Shown: positions 39,101-49,446, counted from the first letter of the stretch. The stretch is DNA of 64,000 nucleotides from Candidatus Bathyarchaeota archaeon (GCA_963767735.1 CAVYES010000007.1:1-64000); one strand, 5' to 3'. The notes: generated from the sequence alone by a model not told the origin. Program-made: numbers and translations.

Positions 39101-39541
39101 TCACTCACTAGTTAATGTTAAAGTAACAATCTGGTGCTCGATGTAACATTGAAGAACAGGCCTTCCCCAGCCGCTTATGAAAGTCCCTGACGCGTTAATT
39201 TCGGCGGGTATGTATATTTGTGGTTGATTTTGGACGGTGGCTCCGAAACCAGATTCAACCCATGCACTTGATGAGTCGTTTGCTATGGATATTGAGTATT
39301 CGTGGTTTCCGATTTGTGAAGGAAGATCAAGAAACATGGTAGCGTTTTGGCTGTCTTCGGTTACATGAGTAACAAGAGTAAGGCTTTGTGCGGCTACATA
39401 TTCATCCACATTGGTTAACTGTTGGTGTTCAGCTTCATTTTTTACGTTCAGCATTGAAAGGCTGCAGCTTGAAACTATGATTGTGCCAACGATAAGGGCA
39501 GCAAAAATCGAGTACACGTAGCTTGGAATTATCGTGACCAT
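39101..39541 (-). CDS. Pilus-associated small membrane-anchored protein
   Basis: N-terminal TM helix, LDLPSQIG motif; within the operon. Confidence 0.65.
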   Translation of the reverse strand: MVTIIPSYVYSIFAALIVGTIIVSSCSLSMLNVKNEAEHQQLTNVDEYVAAQSLTLVTHVTEDSQNATMFLDLPSQIGNHEYSISIANDSSSAWVESGFGATVQNQPQIYIPAEINASGTFISGWGRPVLQCYIEHQIVTLTLTSE

Positions 39542-39544
39542 GGT

Positions 39545-40384
39545 TTATTGGATCCACCTCTGGATTGATATGTTAGAGATGACGGTTTCAATGTAGATTA
39601 TTGCGCCTTCAGGTGTGCTTGAAATCGGAACGGAAACGCTTCCGTCGGCGCCATTCAGCTGCGAAGTTATCGTCAAGTTTTCAGGTTGGTTGGTAACTAT
39701 GGGAGGTTCAGTTGTTAATTGTGTGTTTGTGCAGGAGATTTGTAAGGGAAGTTCGCCGCCTAATGATATCGGGTCTGAAGAGTTCAGATTGACAATGTAG
39801 ATGCGAATATCGTTGATGGCTTTACCATTTTCATATCCGGCAGATGCATACGTTAGTGATGGTCGATACTGGAGCTGGATTTCGGGTCCCTGAAGACCAT
39901 CTGTTATGTAAAGCTGACTTGGTGACGCGCCGCTTTGGTTGGTTATTGTTTGGCTATCTCCTTCCAGGTAAAACCCTGTGTCAATTGAGCCCGAACATGG
40001 AAGTTCATAGGTGGCTTGACCTACTGACGAGTGAAAGATAGTTTCATCGATGCCAGAGCCGCCAGCGACGTTGAGGGTTAGGAGGTTGCTGGTTGGTTGA
40101 ATGTTTGTTGTTCCGCCTGAATCGCTCAGAATAATAGTGCTTGAGGAGCCGGGCTGCCCTAAAGTTGAAAGAATATCATTGTCCAACGATATGAAGTCTT
40201 GCTGTGCTGTGGAAACTTTGAGAGCTTCGCTTTGAGTGTTTATGTTTCCAACTGCAAAGTAATAAGTAACTGTTATGAGGGCTAACGTTGACACAAGAAG
40301 TATAAGGAAGGTAACTGGCAATGCTAATGCACGTTTAGATCGAACAAACCTTCTGAAGAGTTTACTGTGCAAGATTACCGCCAA
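39545..40384 (-). CDS. Minor pilin-like protein (class III signal peptide)
   Basis: RRFVRSKRA/LALPVTFLILLV. Confidence 0.75.
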   Translation of the reverse strand: MAVILHSKLFRRFVRSKRALALPVTFLILLVSTLALITVTYYFAVGNINTQSEALKVSTAQQDFISLDNDILSTLGQPGSSSTIILSDSGGTTNIQPTSNLLTLNVAGGSGIDETIFHSSVGQATYELPCSGSIDTGFYLEGDSQTITNQSGASPSQLYITDGLQGPEIQLQYRPSLTYASAGYENGKAINDIRIYIVNLNSSDPISLGGELPLQISCTNTQLTTEPPIVTNQPENLTITSQLNGADGSVSVPISSTPEGAIIYIETVISNISIQRWIQ

Positions 40385-40575
40385 TTACATCCTCTCGTAA
40401 ATGTGCATTTACTAAAGGAAAGCTCCCAGAAGCGATTATACCATTTGTGTGTATGAACAATTCACATATTATTTCAAAATGCCACTGGAGAATGTATAGA
40501 CAAAATAATTCGTTTGTAAAAATTAATATTTTAAAAAGAAAAGAAGAGGGGAAGGGGGATACCTTTTTGCTTTTT

Positions 40576-41127
40576 TTAAGATAAACCTGTTGATGATGCT
40601 TGAACGTTTGTTTCTTGGTAGTATGCTGCTTGGGCTGTGAAGACTGTGAAAGCTATGGTTGTGCCGATGTCTGCTGTGGAAACACTACCTGGACTAACGA
40701 TGTAAACACTGATAGAGTTGCCGGAAGATAGCACTATGGGGCCTGTGGTTGCTTTGTATGGTGTGGTGCCTGATAGCAAGGCTGCTGCTCCTACAACTGT
40801 TAAGTCTGTTCCAGGTGTCGCTGATGCAGTATATGCTTTATCTGTTGGGAAGACTGGTTGTCCACGCACTTCAATCTGGCTAATTACAACGTCGCGTCCG
40901 CCAGTATTAGTTATCATAAGCGCACCCACGGCATTACCGCTTGCGTCACACCAAATATGAGCATAATTAACGGTGAGACTTTCCTGTTGAACCCTAGTGC
41001 TAACAACGTTAATAGCAAAGTAAGTAACGACGCCTGCGAGAAGCACTGCAACCACTAGAATAATCAGCGTAGTTATGACTGTACTGAGAGCCAAACGATT
41101 CTTCATCAATTTATGCATATTTATCAT
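40576..41127 (-). CDS. Archaeal type IV pilin (paralog 1)
   Basis: KNRLA/LSTVITTLIILVVAVLLAGVVTYF and ITNTGGRDVVISQI. Confidence 0.85.
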   Translation of the reverse strand: MINMHKLMKNRLALSTVITTLIILVVAVLLAGVVTYFAINVVSTRVQQESLTVNYAHIWCDASGNAVGALMITNTGGRDVVISQIEVRGQPVFPTDKAYTASATPGTDLTVVGAAALLSGTTPYKATTGPIVLSSGNSISVYIVSPGSVSTADIGTTIAFTVFTAQAAYYQETNVQASSTGLS

Positions 41128-41302
41128 TTTATTTTAAACTCCGTTGAAAAACTCTTACGCATTTTCTGGATAAGTAAACTTGTGCGTAAAAAAAAATACA
41201 CAAAACAGCTAGTGGAAAGCCAAAAAAATTCCGTGCATGTTTGTGTGGAATGAAAAGAATAGAGAGAGGTAATATCCTCTCATAAGTTATTTGATTTTTG
41301 GC

Positions 41303-41902
41303 TTATGTACCGGTATATGCTTGAACGTTTGTTTCTTTGTAGTACATTGCTTGTGCTGTGAAGACTGTCAAGCCGACTGTTAGGCCGATGTCGTTGAGGC
41401 TGACGCTGCCTGGTGATAGGATGTAAACGACCATCGTGTCACCGGAAGGCAACACTAAGTCACCTGGAGATGCGGCTAGTGGGTTGGCAAAGGTTCCTAC
41501 GGTTTTAGTGGCAAGTGTTGGGCCAGTGAGGGTGTCCGTGTATGCTAAGCCTTGGTTTAGGTTGTCAGGTGTTTGACCTGTGGTAACGGCTTCGAGGAAG
41601 AATACGCTTGCGCATGGTTGTCCAAGTACTTGAATCTGGCTTATGACTACGTCGCGTCCGCCAGTGTTGGTTATCATCATCGCAGCTTCAATTGGCCCAG
41701 TTGCTGCGGATGAAGGTACCCAAATGTGGACGTTTGAAACCGAGAGACTTTCCTGTTGTACCCTTGTACTTACGACGTTTATGGCGAAGTAAGTTAAAAC
41801 ACCAGCAAGTAATATTGCCACTACGAGTATGATGAGGGTAGTTATTACAGTGGCTAACGCGTAACGGTTTTTTAATAGCCGGTTTATTGTTAATCGGGGC
41901 AT
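41303..41902 (-). CDS. Archaeal type IV pilin (paralog 2)
   Basis: KNRYA/LATVITTLIILVVAILLAGVLTYF and ITNTGGRDVVISQI. Confidence 0.85.
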   Translation of the reverse strand: MPRLTINRLLKNRYALATVITTLIILVVAILLAGVLTYFAINVVSTRVQQESLSVSNVHIWVPSSAATGPIEAAMMITNTGGRDVVISQIQVLGQPCASVFFLEAVTTGQTPDNLNQGLAYTDTLTGPTLATKTVGTFANPLAASPGDLVLPSGDTMVVYILSPGSVSLNDIGLTVGLTVFTAQAMYYKETNVQAYTGT

Positions 41903-42222
41903 TGCTTATTTTTCACCTGTAGCAAAAAGAACAGACAATTCATTATAAATATCTTCCGTAGCAAGACTCAATATACACCATCATTATTGAAAAAACGAGA
42001 AAACCAACTCAGCACAAAAACAATAACACCCATAATATAGGGGCAAAATTTTAACCGAGTTTCTACCGAACTTCACTGATTTAAAAAACGTCCACGAATT
42101 CAGCCTTGAAACAAAAGCGTTTTTCGAACCCTAAATCCTGTTTTGAAAATATAGATTCAGCCTTCATAACCGATATGGTCTAGCACCCGTAAATACCATA
42201 ACGTTCGCAAGCTGATTTAGCC

Positions 42223-44319
42223 ATGCATATGAAAATCAACCCCCAAACAAAAATCCTATCACTGATCACAATTATCGTCTTAGTTTTCAGTCCAATAATT
42301 ATTACTCAAGCAGCCACCACTACCCAAACTCAAACATCAACTCTTCCAACCGCCCAATTACTCACAACGTCAGAATACACAAACTACGTGCATAACTTCG
42401 TTAACGCTGAAGGAAACTGCACTTACATGGAAAAACCAATGTTTCCAGTATTATTTAACAGTAGTCAAATACCGATCGGCGAAAACTGGACCATCATCTG
42501 CCCTCTGCAAGCCGGTCACAACTACCATATTTACTTTTATGGAGCATGGATAGACACTTCACCTCAAGCAACAACAGACTACAATATCTTCGTTTATGAT
42601 CCAAGTGGAAACTTGGAAAGCGCCCACATTGAATCAGCCGGTTTTCCACCACATTTAGGAACAACCGTAAATGACACGCTTTTTACGCCTACTCAATCAG
42701 GCAACTACACGTTTGTCATAAATAACAACCCATTTGGAAGTAAAGGTGCTCAGCAAGCAACTTTTATGATAATTGAAAATCTCGCTTGCGACACATGGTA
42801 CACCAGTTATGTCGAAGGCACAAGCAGCAGCACCCCAAGTTTCTACACAAACTGGGCCTATGAGTTCGAAACCAACGCGTCACACGTTCAATTATACATT
42901 AAGGTTCCGGATACGCTGGGCATGTATGAAGCTAGGCTTTACTTAATGAATAACGCGCAATCTCCAACTTTAAACAATTTTCCACTGGCTTGGGAACCAG
43001 GCTTATATGGCAACTTAACTGGTTCAGTCGGCGGCTACAACTTTGTACCTAACGACTATAGAGGCGTAGCCTACACAACCGACGAACACATGGGCCAATT
43101 CTTGACTCTAAATTACACCTCAACTAATACTGGAGACAATCTTTATCAGCTAGTACTCATCGGCAATGTAGGTTCAGGGAACATACAGTTAATGTTGAAA
43201 GATAATTTTGAAAAGGATGCCTTGACACCTTCAGCTATCACAATTTTTCCTGACACTCCAACAGAACTCACCTACACATCAAATGGCACCAATTTGGAGA
43301 CAGCTCAAATATCATACACCACCAACAACTGGATCAACACCAATACCATAAACATGAATATCAGCAACCAAACATGCAACGCCACAATCCCAGGCCAACC
43401 AGCGGGAACATTAGTTCAATACCAAATTAACGCAACAGACATTCTGGAGAATAACTTGTTTGCATTAGGCAACTTCACCGTGGAAAATGCTTCCTTGATA
43501 CCCTTGACTGTTCCAAGTAGAGTTTATCCTGACATTCCAACCGAGCTTACTTACACCTCAAACGGCACAAAGTTGGAGATAGCCCAAATATCATACACTA
43601 CGGATAATTGGACTAGTACTAACACCGTGAAAATGGATATCGGCAACCAAACATGCAACGCCACAATCCCAGGCCAACCAGCAGGGACACTAGTTCAATA
43701 CCAAATTAACGCAACAGACATTCTGGAAAATGGCCTGTATGCATCAGGCAACTTCACGATAAAGGAGCCGTTAACTCTTAACATTACTACAACTAAAAAC
43801 AAAATAGCTCAAGGCGAAAATATCACGATCCATGGAGTTCTATCTCCGAACTATAATGATTTTATAACTACCCCAAACTCCTATGATTCCAATACGATCA
43901 CAAACTCCAAGACGACTACAAGCTCCAAGGATTCCAAGGCTGCTTCAACCTCCAATGAAACTGCGACTAATGCAAACTATAATGATTCTGCAGATATTCC
44001 AAGCTATAATAATTACAACGATTCTATTGGTGAAGTACAATTCAGCAACGTTGGCTCCACCCAAACGGTAGATTGTGTTGTAAGCAGTAATGGCACTTTT
44101 GAAGCAACTTTCCGACCTAACGCCTCTGGAATATGGGCTGTTACCGCAATTTGCCCTGAAACCCAAACCGCCTACAGCTGCTATAGCCAACCGTTAACGG
44201 TAACTGTGACGCCAACGCCACTCTATATCAAATACTCTATGTTTATTATTGCTGCACTTGTCGCCGCTGTGGCAGCTGGTAGCGCCGTCTACTTTTTAAA
44301 GCTCCGAAGCAAATGGTAG
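42223..44319 (+). CDS. Secreted, C-terminally anchored surface protein with a duplicated 93-aa Ig-like module
   Basis: Signal peptide; repeated SYTTxNW...CNATIPGQPAGTLVQYQINATDILEN; TM helix and basic tail. Confidence 0.8.
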   Translation: MHMKINPQTKILSLITIIVLVFSPIIITQAATTTQTQTSTLPTAQLLTTSEYTNYVHNFVNAEGNCTYMEKPMFPVLFNSSQIPIGENWTIICPLQAGHNYHIYFYGAWIDTSPQATTDYNIFVYDPSGNLESAHIESAGFPPHLGTTVNDTLFTPTQSGNYTFVINNNPFGSKGAQQATFMIIENLACDTWYTSYVEGTSSSTPSFYTNWAYEFETNASHVQLYIKVPDTLGMYEARLYLMNNAQSPTLNNFPLAWEPGLYGNLTGSVGGYNFVPNDYRGVAYTTDEHMGQFLTLNYTSTNTGDNLYQLVLIGNVGSGNIQLMLKDNFEKDALTPSAITIFPDTPTELTYTSNGTNLETAQISYTTNNWINTNTINMNISNQTCNATIPGQPAGTLVQYQINATDILENNLFALGNFTVENASLIPLTVPSRVYPDIPTELTYTSNGTKLEIAQISYTTDNWTSTNTVKMDIGNQTCNATIPGQPAGTLVQYQINATDILENGLYASGNFTIKEPLTLNITTTKNKIAQGENITIHGVLSPNYNDFITTPNSYDSNTITNSKTTTSSKDSKAASTSNETATNANYNDSADIPSYNNYNDSIGEVQFSNVGSTQTVDCVVSSNGTFEATFRPNASGIWAVTAICPETQTAYSCYSQPLTVTVTPTPLYIKYSMFIIAALVAAVAAGSAVYFLKLRSKW
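43364..43727 (+). repeat. Intragenic direct repeat, 279-bp offset
   Basis: 43364-43448 versus 43643-43727: 85 bp with 3 mismatches. Confidence 0.9.
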
Positions 44320-44419
44320 AGCTGCAAAACAACCATTCAGAAATAACTTAACGGATGCTAAAGAGTTCGAGGTAATTGGCTGAAGCCACAAAACTTATCT
44401 CATAATTAACGAGTAACAT

Positions 44420-44764
44420 TTGATAGAGCGGCAGAAGTTGGATAAAATGGATGATTTTGTTTCTGTTTTAGAAGAAAAAGATCTGCAAGAAGGCACAATG
44501 AAGCATGTGTCAGTTGAATGCTCACCGGTTTTACTGATTAAACAATCTGGCCAAATTTTCGCTATCGATAACCGCTGTCCACACATGGGCTGTGCTTTTT
44601 CAGGCGGTACTCTGGACGGCTTCTTAATAGTTTGTCCTTGCCATGATTGGCGCTTTGACTTAAGAACAGGTGAGTACCAGGATGAACCATCCATTAAATT
44701 AACAAAGTATAATTTGAAAATTAAGTCTGGAAAAATTTGGATCCAACTCGAAGAAGAAACATAA
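44420..44764 (+). CDS. Rieske-type [2Fe-2S] ferredoxin
   Basis: NRCPHMGC and VCPCHDWRFDLRTG motifs. Confidence 0.9.
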   Translation: MIERQKLDKMDDFVSVLEEKDLQEGTMKHVSVECSPVLLIKQSGQIFAIDNRCPHMGCAFSGGTLDGFLIVCPCHDWRFDLRTGEYQDEPSIKLTKYNLKIKSGKIWIQLEEET

Positions 44765-44810
44765 TCCTACTATAGGCACACTTGCGTTTAGGATATGCCA
44801 TCGAAGGGCT

Positions 44811-45743
44811 TTAATCCTTTGGACATGAAATAGCGGCGTTTTTGAACGTATATTCTTTGCAAAAATCCCAGAAGACCTCACACGTTTTAGGAAGAGTTCT
44901 TTTAGGTCTTACCATGTAGAGTTTTCTTTGCTTTTTTGCTTCTTCAATTTTAATTATGTTTGCTAAGCCTGCTGCTTGGGCTTTTTTCGCAGCGATTGAA
45001 GAAATCACGCTTATGCCTCTGCCTTCTGAAACGGCTGTAATTACTGATTCTGTGCTTCCCAACTCCAATGCGAGCATCAATTGCGACATTGAGATGTCGT
45101 TGTTTTCAAACATTTTCTCAATTTCCTTTCTTGTGCCAGATGTTTCTTCTCGATTAATGAAGGGATACTTTTTGATTTCATTTAGCTTGACAGATTTATG
45201 ATTGGCTAACTCGTGATTGCACGGCACAATTAACACCAGCTCTTCTTCGCCTATCTGGACAGCATCGAATTTTTCTTCGTAACCTAATATGGTTCCAACC
45301 GCCGCAAAATCTGCATCGTTGGCTTGTAAACTTTGAAGGCTTGTTATGCTGTCCTGCGCTTTTATTTTGAATTTGACGTCAGGATGCTTTTTTTGGAATT
45401 CAGAGATTAAGCTGGGAATTATATGTTCTTCCGGTATTGTACTTGCGGCAATCTTTATCGTTCCTGCCAAATTGTGTTTAGCTGAGGATATTTTTGTTTT
45501 AGCATTTTGGGCTTCTTGCAGAATTTTTTCCATGCTTTCCTTCAGCGTTGCTCCTGCTTCGGTAACTTCAACACCGCTGGCTGTGCGCTTGAATAGTTCA
45601 GCGTCAAAGTATTCTTCTAATGCCGCTATGTGGTGGCTTACTGTGCCTTGGCTTGTTCCTAATTCTTTGGCTGCTGTTGAGAAACTGCGCGTTCTGGCTA
45701 CTGTGAGAAACGTTTTGAGGTAATCGAACCTTATGGTTTCCAT
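44811..45743 (-). CDS. LysR-family regulator (CysL-like/selenium-metabolism-associated type)
   Basis: LysR HTH, AASTIPEEHIIP, REETSGTR and ELGSTESV motifs; divergent from dsrE-tusA-DCCP-selD. Confidence 0.9.
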   Translation of the reverse strand: METIRFDYLKTFLTVARTRSFSTAAKELGTSQGTVSHHIAALEEYFDAELFKRTASGVEVTEAGATLKESMEKILQEAQNAKTKISSAKHNLAGTIKIAASTIPEEHIIPSLISEFQKKHPDVKFKIKAQDSITSLQSLQANDADFAAVGTILGYEEKFDAVQIGEEELVLIVPCNHELANHKSVKLNEIKKYPFINREETSGTRKEIEKMFENNDISMSQLMLALELGSTESVITAVSEGRGISVISSIAAKKAQAAGLANIIKIEEAKKQRKLYMVRPKRTLPKTCEVFWDFCKEYTFKNAAISCPKD

Positions 45744-45864
45744 GTGCTTCTTAGCCTCTACGTTATTGTTTAGATTGTTGTATGCTATTTGTTTTTTGTT
45801 TTAGAAAAGGCTTATATTAGTTTTTTTAATAACAATTATTCAGCAATATTGGAGGTGAAATAAT

Positions 45865-46216
45865 TTGGCAACATTCACATTAATAATATATGAAGCACCT
45901 TACGCAAAAGAACGTGCACTTTCAGCTTTAAGATTCGCATGGACTTGCGACGTGGAAGGACACAAAGTAAGAATCTGGTTGTTTGAAAACGGCGTGTACC
46001 TCGCCAAGAAAGGCCAAAAACCTGCTCAAGGCTTAACCAATTATGGCCAAATGCTTGAGGATTTAATGAAAGGCGGTACCGAAGTGAAAGCCTGCGTCGT
46101 CTGTGTAGACGCTCGAGGCTTAACCCAAACTGACTTGACTTGATGGAGTAAAAATTGCGACTGTTCATGAACTTGTTGAGTGGACAGTTAACAGTGACAA
46201 AGTAATAGCGTTCTAG
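45865..46216 (+). CDS. DsrE/TusD-like sulfur-relay protein, interrupted by a +1 frameshift near 46139
   Basis: APY..E, LFENGVYLA and KACVVCVDARG motifs; the +1 frame continues DGVKIATVHELVEWTVNSDKVIAF* to 46216. Confidence 0.85.
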
Positions 46217-46225
46217 TGGAATTGT

Positions 46226-46450
46226 TTGGAAACTGAAAAGTTAGATGTCAAGGGAAAAATGTGTCCTATGCCTGTGGCTTTTACAAAGCGTAAGCTTGAA
46301 AGCATGGCTTCTGGGCAGTTGCTTGAGGTTGTTGGCGAAGGAGAATTGGAGTTTGATAATGTTCAGCGTTGGGTTAAGAATAACGGGCATGAGGTTGTTG
46401 AGGCGGCTAAGTCTGGTGCAGAGTTTAGGGTATTAATTAGAAAACACTAA
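46226..46450 (+). CDS. tusA: TusA/SirA/YedF-family sulfur (or Se) carrier
   Basis: LDVKGKMCPMP motif. Confidence 0.9.
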   Translation: METEKLDVKGKMCPMPVAFTKRKLESMASGQLLEVVGEGELEFDNVQRWVKNNGHEVVEAAKSGAEFRVLIRKH

Positions 46451-46533
46451 TCTCCATCAATTTTTCTAATAATATTTATCAGAAATTTTAATAAGCCAAT
46501 GGGCAATACACTTCGCATTAGCACGTGATTATC

Positions 46534-47822
46534 ATGGCAGAAAAATACGTTGAAATGTGGAAAAATCTTGGAATGGATATTGAAAAACACAATCAACTCC
46601 TAAACGGTCTAGGCCAATATTACACCAGCGCAATTTTGTCCCAAAAGAACAGGCCCAAAAAAATGGATTACTTCGACTTTGTAGTCTCAGAGGTTCACGG
46701 TTTAAGAATCAAAGAACTCAATGACCTTAGAAGTGCACGGAAAAAAAGTGGTTGGCGCATTCTGCATTTACGCGCCCGAAGAAATAGCATACGCAGCAGA
46801 TGCAACAATGGTTGGATTATGCGGAGGCGCAGACTTCTCAGTTCCCGACGCTGAAGCGGTTTTACCCCGAAACCTTTGCCCGCTGATAAAGTCATTTTAC
46901 GGCTTCAAACTAAACCGCACCTGCCCATATTTCCAATCCAGCGACCTTGTAGTTGGAGAAACAACATGCGATGGCAAAAAGAAAGTCTACGAGCTACTCA
47001 ACGAGCTTGTCCCAACTTACGTGCTTGAAGTTCCCCACAAACCCGACACTGCAGCAAGGCAAAGCATTCTGGTTTAAAGAGTTAGAAGCATTCAAAACTG
47101 AGATGGAAAAGCTCACAGGCAACGAGATTACCGCTGAAAAACTAAAAGAAGCCATCGAACTAATAAACGACAAACGCAAAGCCCTCAAGCGTTTATCCGA
47201 TTTACGTGCAAATTCACCCTCACCAATCAGCGGCTTAGACGGATTACTTATCGACCAAATAGGCTTCATGGATGATGTGAAACGGTTCACAGCTAAAGTG
47301 AACGAGCTCTGTGACGAACTGGACCAGCGTGTAGCAAAAGGCGAAGGCGTCGCAAGCAAGGATGCACCAAGAATTATGATTTCGGGTTCTCCAATGGCAG
47401 TTCCTAACTGGAAAGTGCACAGCATCGCCGAGTCACTTGGCGCAACAGTGGTTGTTGAAGAAAGCTGCGTTGGAACAAGATACTTCACTGACTTGGTAGA
47501 ACCGAAAGGTGAAAGCTTGAATGATTTGCTTTGGGCTATAGACGAAAAATACTCCAAAATACCCTGCGCATGCTTCACACCAAACGACAGACGCATAGAA
47601 AGCATTACCCAACTTGCCAAGCAATTCAACGTAGAAGGCGTAATCTATTATACACTGCAAAACTGCCACGACTACAATGTTGAAGGAGTAAAAGTAGAGC
47701 GAGCATTGAAAGCCCAAGACTTGCCGATGCTGAAAATCGAAACCGACTACACAATGGGCGACTCAGAGCAGATCAAAACCAGAATTCAAGCCTTCATGGA
47801 AATCATTCAGGCGAAAAGGTAA
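46534..47822 (+). CDS. Double-cubane-cluster protein (2-hydroxyacyl-CoA dehydratase D family), with two +1 frameshifts near 46731 and 47051
   Basis: Three overlapping ORFs join into one protein: [71 protein letters not shown]. Confidence 0.85.
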
Positions 47823-47930
47823 CAAAACCTTTTCCACATTTTTTATCTTTAAATATTTTTAAATCATTAAAAGTAGATTATGATGTTTCTAGAAACTTCA
47901 GAATCGTAAGTATTAGGAGGAAAAACAGAG

Positions 47931-48951
47931 TTGGCTTACAGGTTAACTAAAGTTGTTCCAGTTCATGGTTGCAGTTGCAAGCTTCCACAGTACCAGCTAG
48001 GTGAATTGTTGGATAAAGCTGGTTTGACGGCTGATTTCGGCGAGGATGTGTTGGCTGGTCCATGGGAAAACTCCAGCGTTGTAAAAATCGCCGACGGCAT
48101 TGCTGTTTTGAATACGCTTGATTTCTTCACGCCTATGGTTGATGAACCTGAAATTCAAGGCAGAATTGCTGGAAGCAACGTGACAAGCGACATTTACGCT
48201 TTGGCCGTTACAAAGATAGTCAGCGTTTTGTCGATTATGGCGTTTCCCGAGAACATGCCTGACGAGTTAGCTGTGGGCATGCTGAAGGGGTTTGGCGATT
48301 TTTGCCGCGAAATGGGTGCGCCTGTGGTTGGCGGTCACACGATTCGGAATCCTTGGCCAATTATCGGCGGCGCAGCAACGGGCGTTGGTGACCCAGAAAA
48401 AATCGTTTACACCCGGGGAGCCAAGGTGGGTGACCGCTTGTTTTTGACTAAGCCGCTTGGGATTGCGCCTGCGATGGCTGCTTACAGGCTTAGGAAAGAA
48501 GATGAAGGACAAGAATTGCTCAAAGAGATCCCAGAAGAGCTGGTTGAAGCAGCTGTTAATGAAGCCATTGAGGGAATGATTAGTTCCAACAAGCCCGTTG
48601 CCGAAGCCATGCAGAAAGTTCCAGTTCACGCCGCAACCGACGTGACGGGTTTTGGTCTTAAAGGTCACGCTGAGAACATGGCGGTTCTGGGCAAAGTTGA
48701 CATTGTGATTAACCAGTTGGCGGTGATTCGTGGGACACCGGTTTTGGCTGAGCTTTTCGGTTACCCGTTGTTGACTGGGTGAAGCAAAAGAAACTGCAGG
48801 CGGAATGCTAATTGCGGTCGCGAAAGAGAACGCTGATGACTTGCTGGATGAGTTGGATAAGCGTAAAGTTAGGCATTTTGAAGTTGGCTACGTCGCTGAA
48901 GGTTGCGGGAATGTTAATGTTCTAAAAAACGCGAAAGTGATAGAAGCATAA
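47931..48951 (+). CDS. selD: Selenophosphate synthetase, Cys-type, with a +1 frameshift at 48777-48779
   Basis: RLT...HGCSCKL, LDFFTPMVD, SDIYA, VGGHT, TKPLG and TDVTGFGL motifs; the shifted frame continues EAKETAGGMLIAV...VIEA* to 48951. Confidence 0.9.
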
Positions 48952-49028
48952 TATTCGCGTTTTGACATTGAGTGTGATAGCTAAACTTAATTCTTCTGTG
49001 TCCTTAAGTAAGAAGTGGTGACTAATCA

Positions 49029-49358
49029 GTGTGTGCTTTAGGCTATGCGATTAAACTTTGGATGGTCAACGAAAAGAAAGAAGCAGTGTTCGGGGACGGC
49101 TTAGCTGAATTGATTGAGGAGATTGACAAGTATCACTCGATATTGGCGGCTGCAGAGCACATGGACATGTCTTACAGGTATGCACTGCACAGGATTACTT
49201 TGGCAGAGGAACGGCTGGGGCAATTGCTGGTTATACGAGTTCGCGGCGGAGCCAAGGGCGGCGGCTCTTCAGAAGTTACTGATTTCGGAAGGGATTTAGT
49301 TAAGCGATACCGGCGCGCTCAATCGGAGCTTAGCAAGATACTGGAAAAAATGCCCTGA
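49029..49358 (+). CDS. modE: ModE-family winged-HTH regulator (N-terminal domain only)
   Basis: FGDGLAELIEEI...SILAAA..MDMSYR...RGG..GGG.S.VT.FG. Confidence 0.85.
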   Translation: MCALGYAIKLWMVNEKKEAVFGDGLAELIEEIDKYHSILAAAEHMDMSYRYALHRITLAEERLGQLLVIRVRGGAKGGGSSEVTDFGRDLVKRYRRAQSELSKILEKMP

Positions 49359-49446
49359 GCTTATCGAGATATTTTTAGGCGTCGCTCTGCTTAAGCGATG
49401 TTGCTGATTTTTCTTTATTTTTTATTGTTGTTATTTATCGTTTTCA

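Noticed and set aside
33735-41902. Archaellum operon
   Set aside because: No ArlH/F/G or archaellin-type N-termini recognised; the composition fits an adhesive type IV pilus.
46141-46143. TGA in dsrE read as selenocysteine
   Set aside because: Read-through hits another TGA after eight codons; the DsrE C-terminus is in the +1 frame.
48780-48782. TGA in selD read as selenocysteine
   Set aside because: Read-through gives non-SelD sequence (SKRNCRR...). The conserved ETAGGML motif is in the +1 frame, so this is a frameshift.
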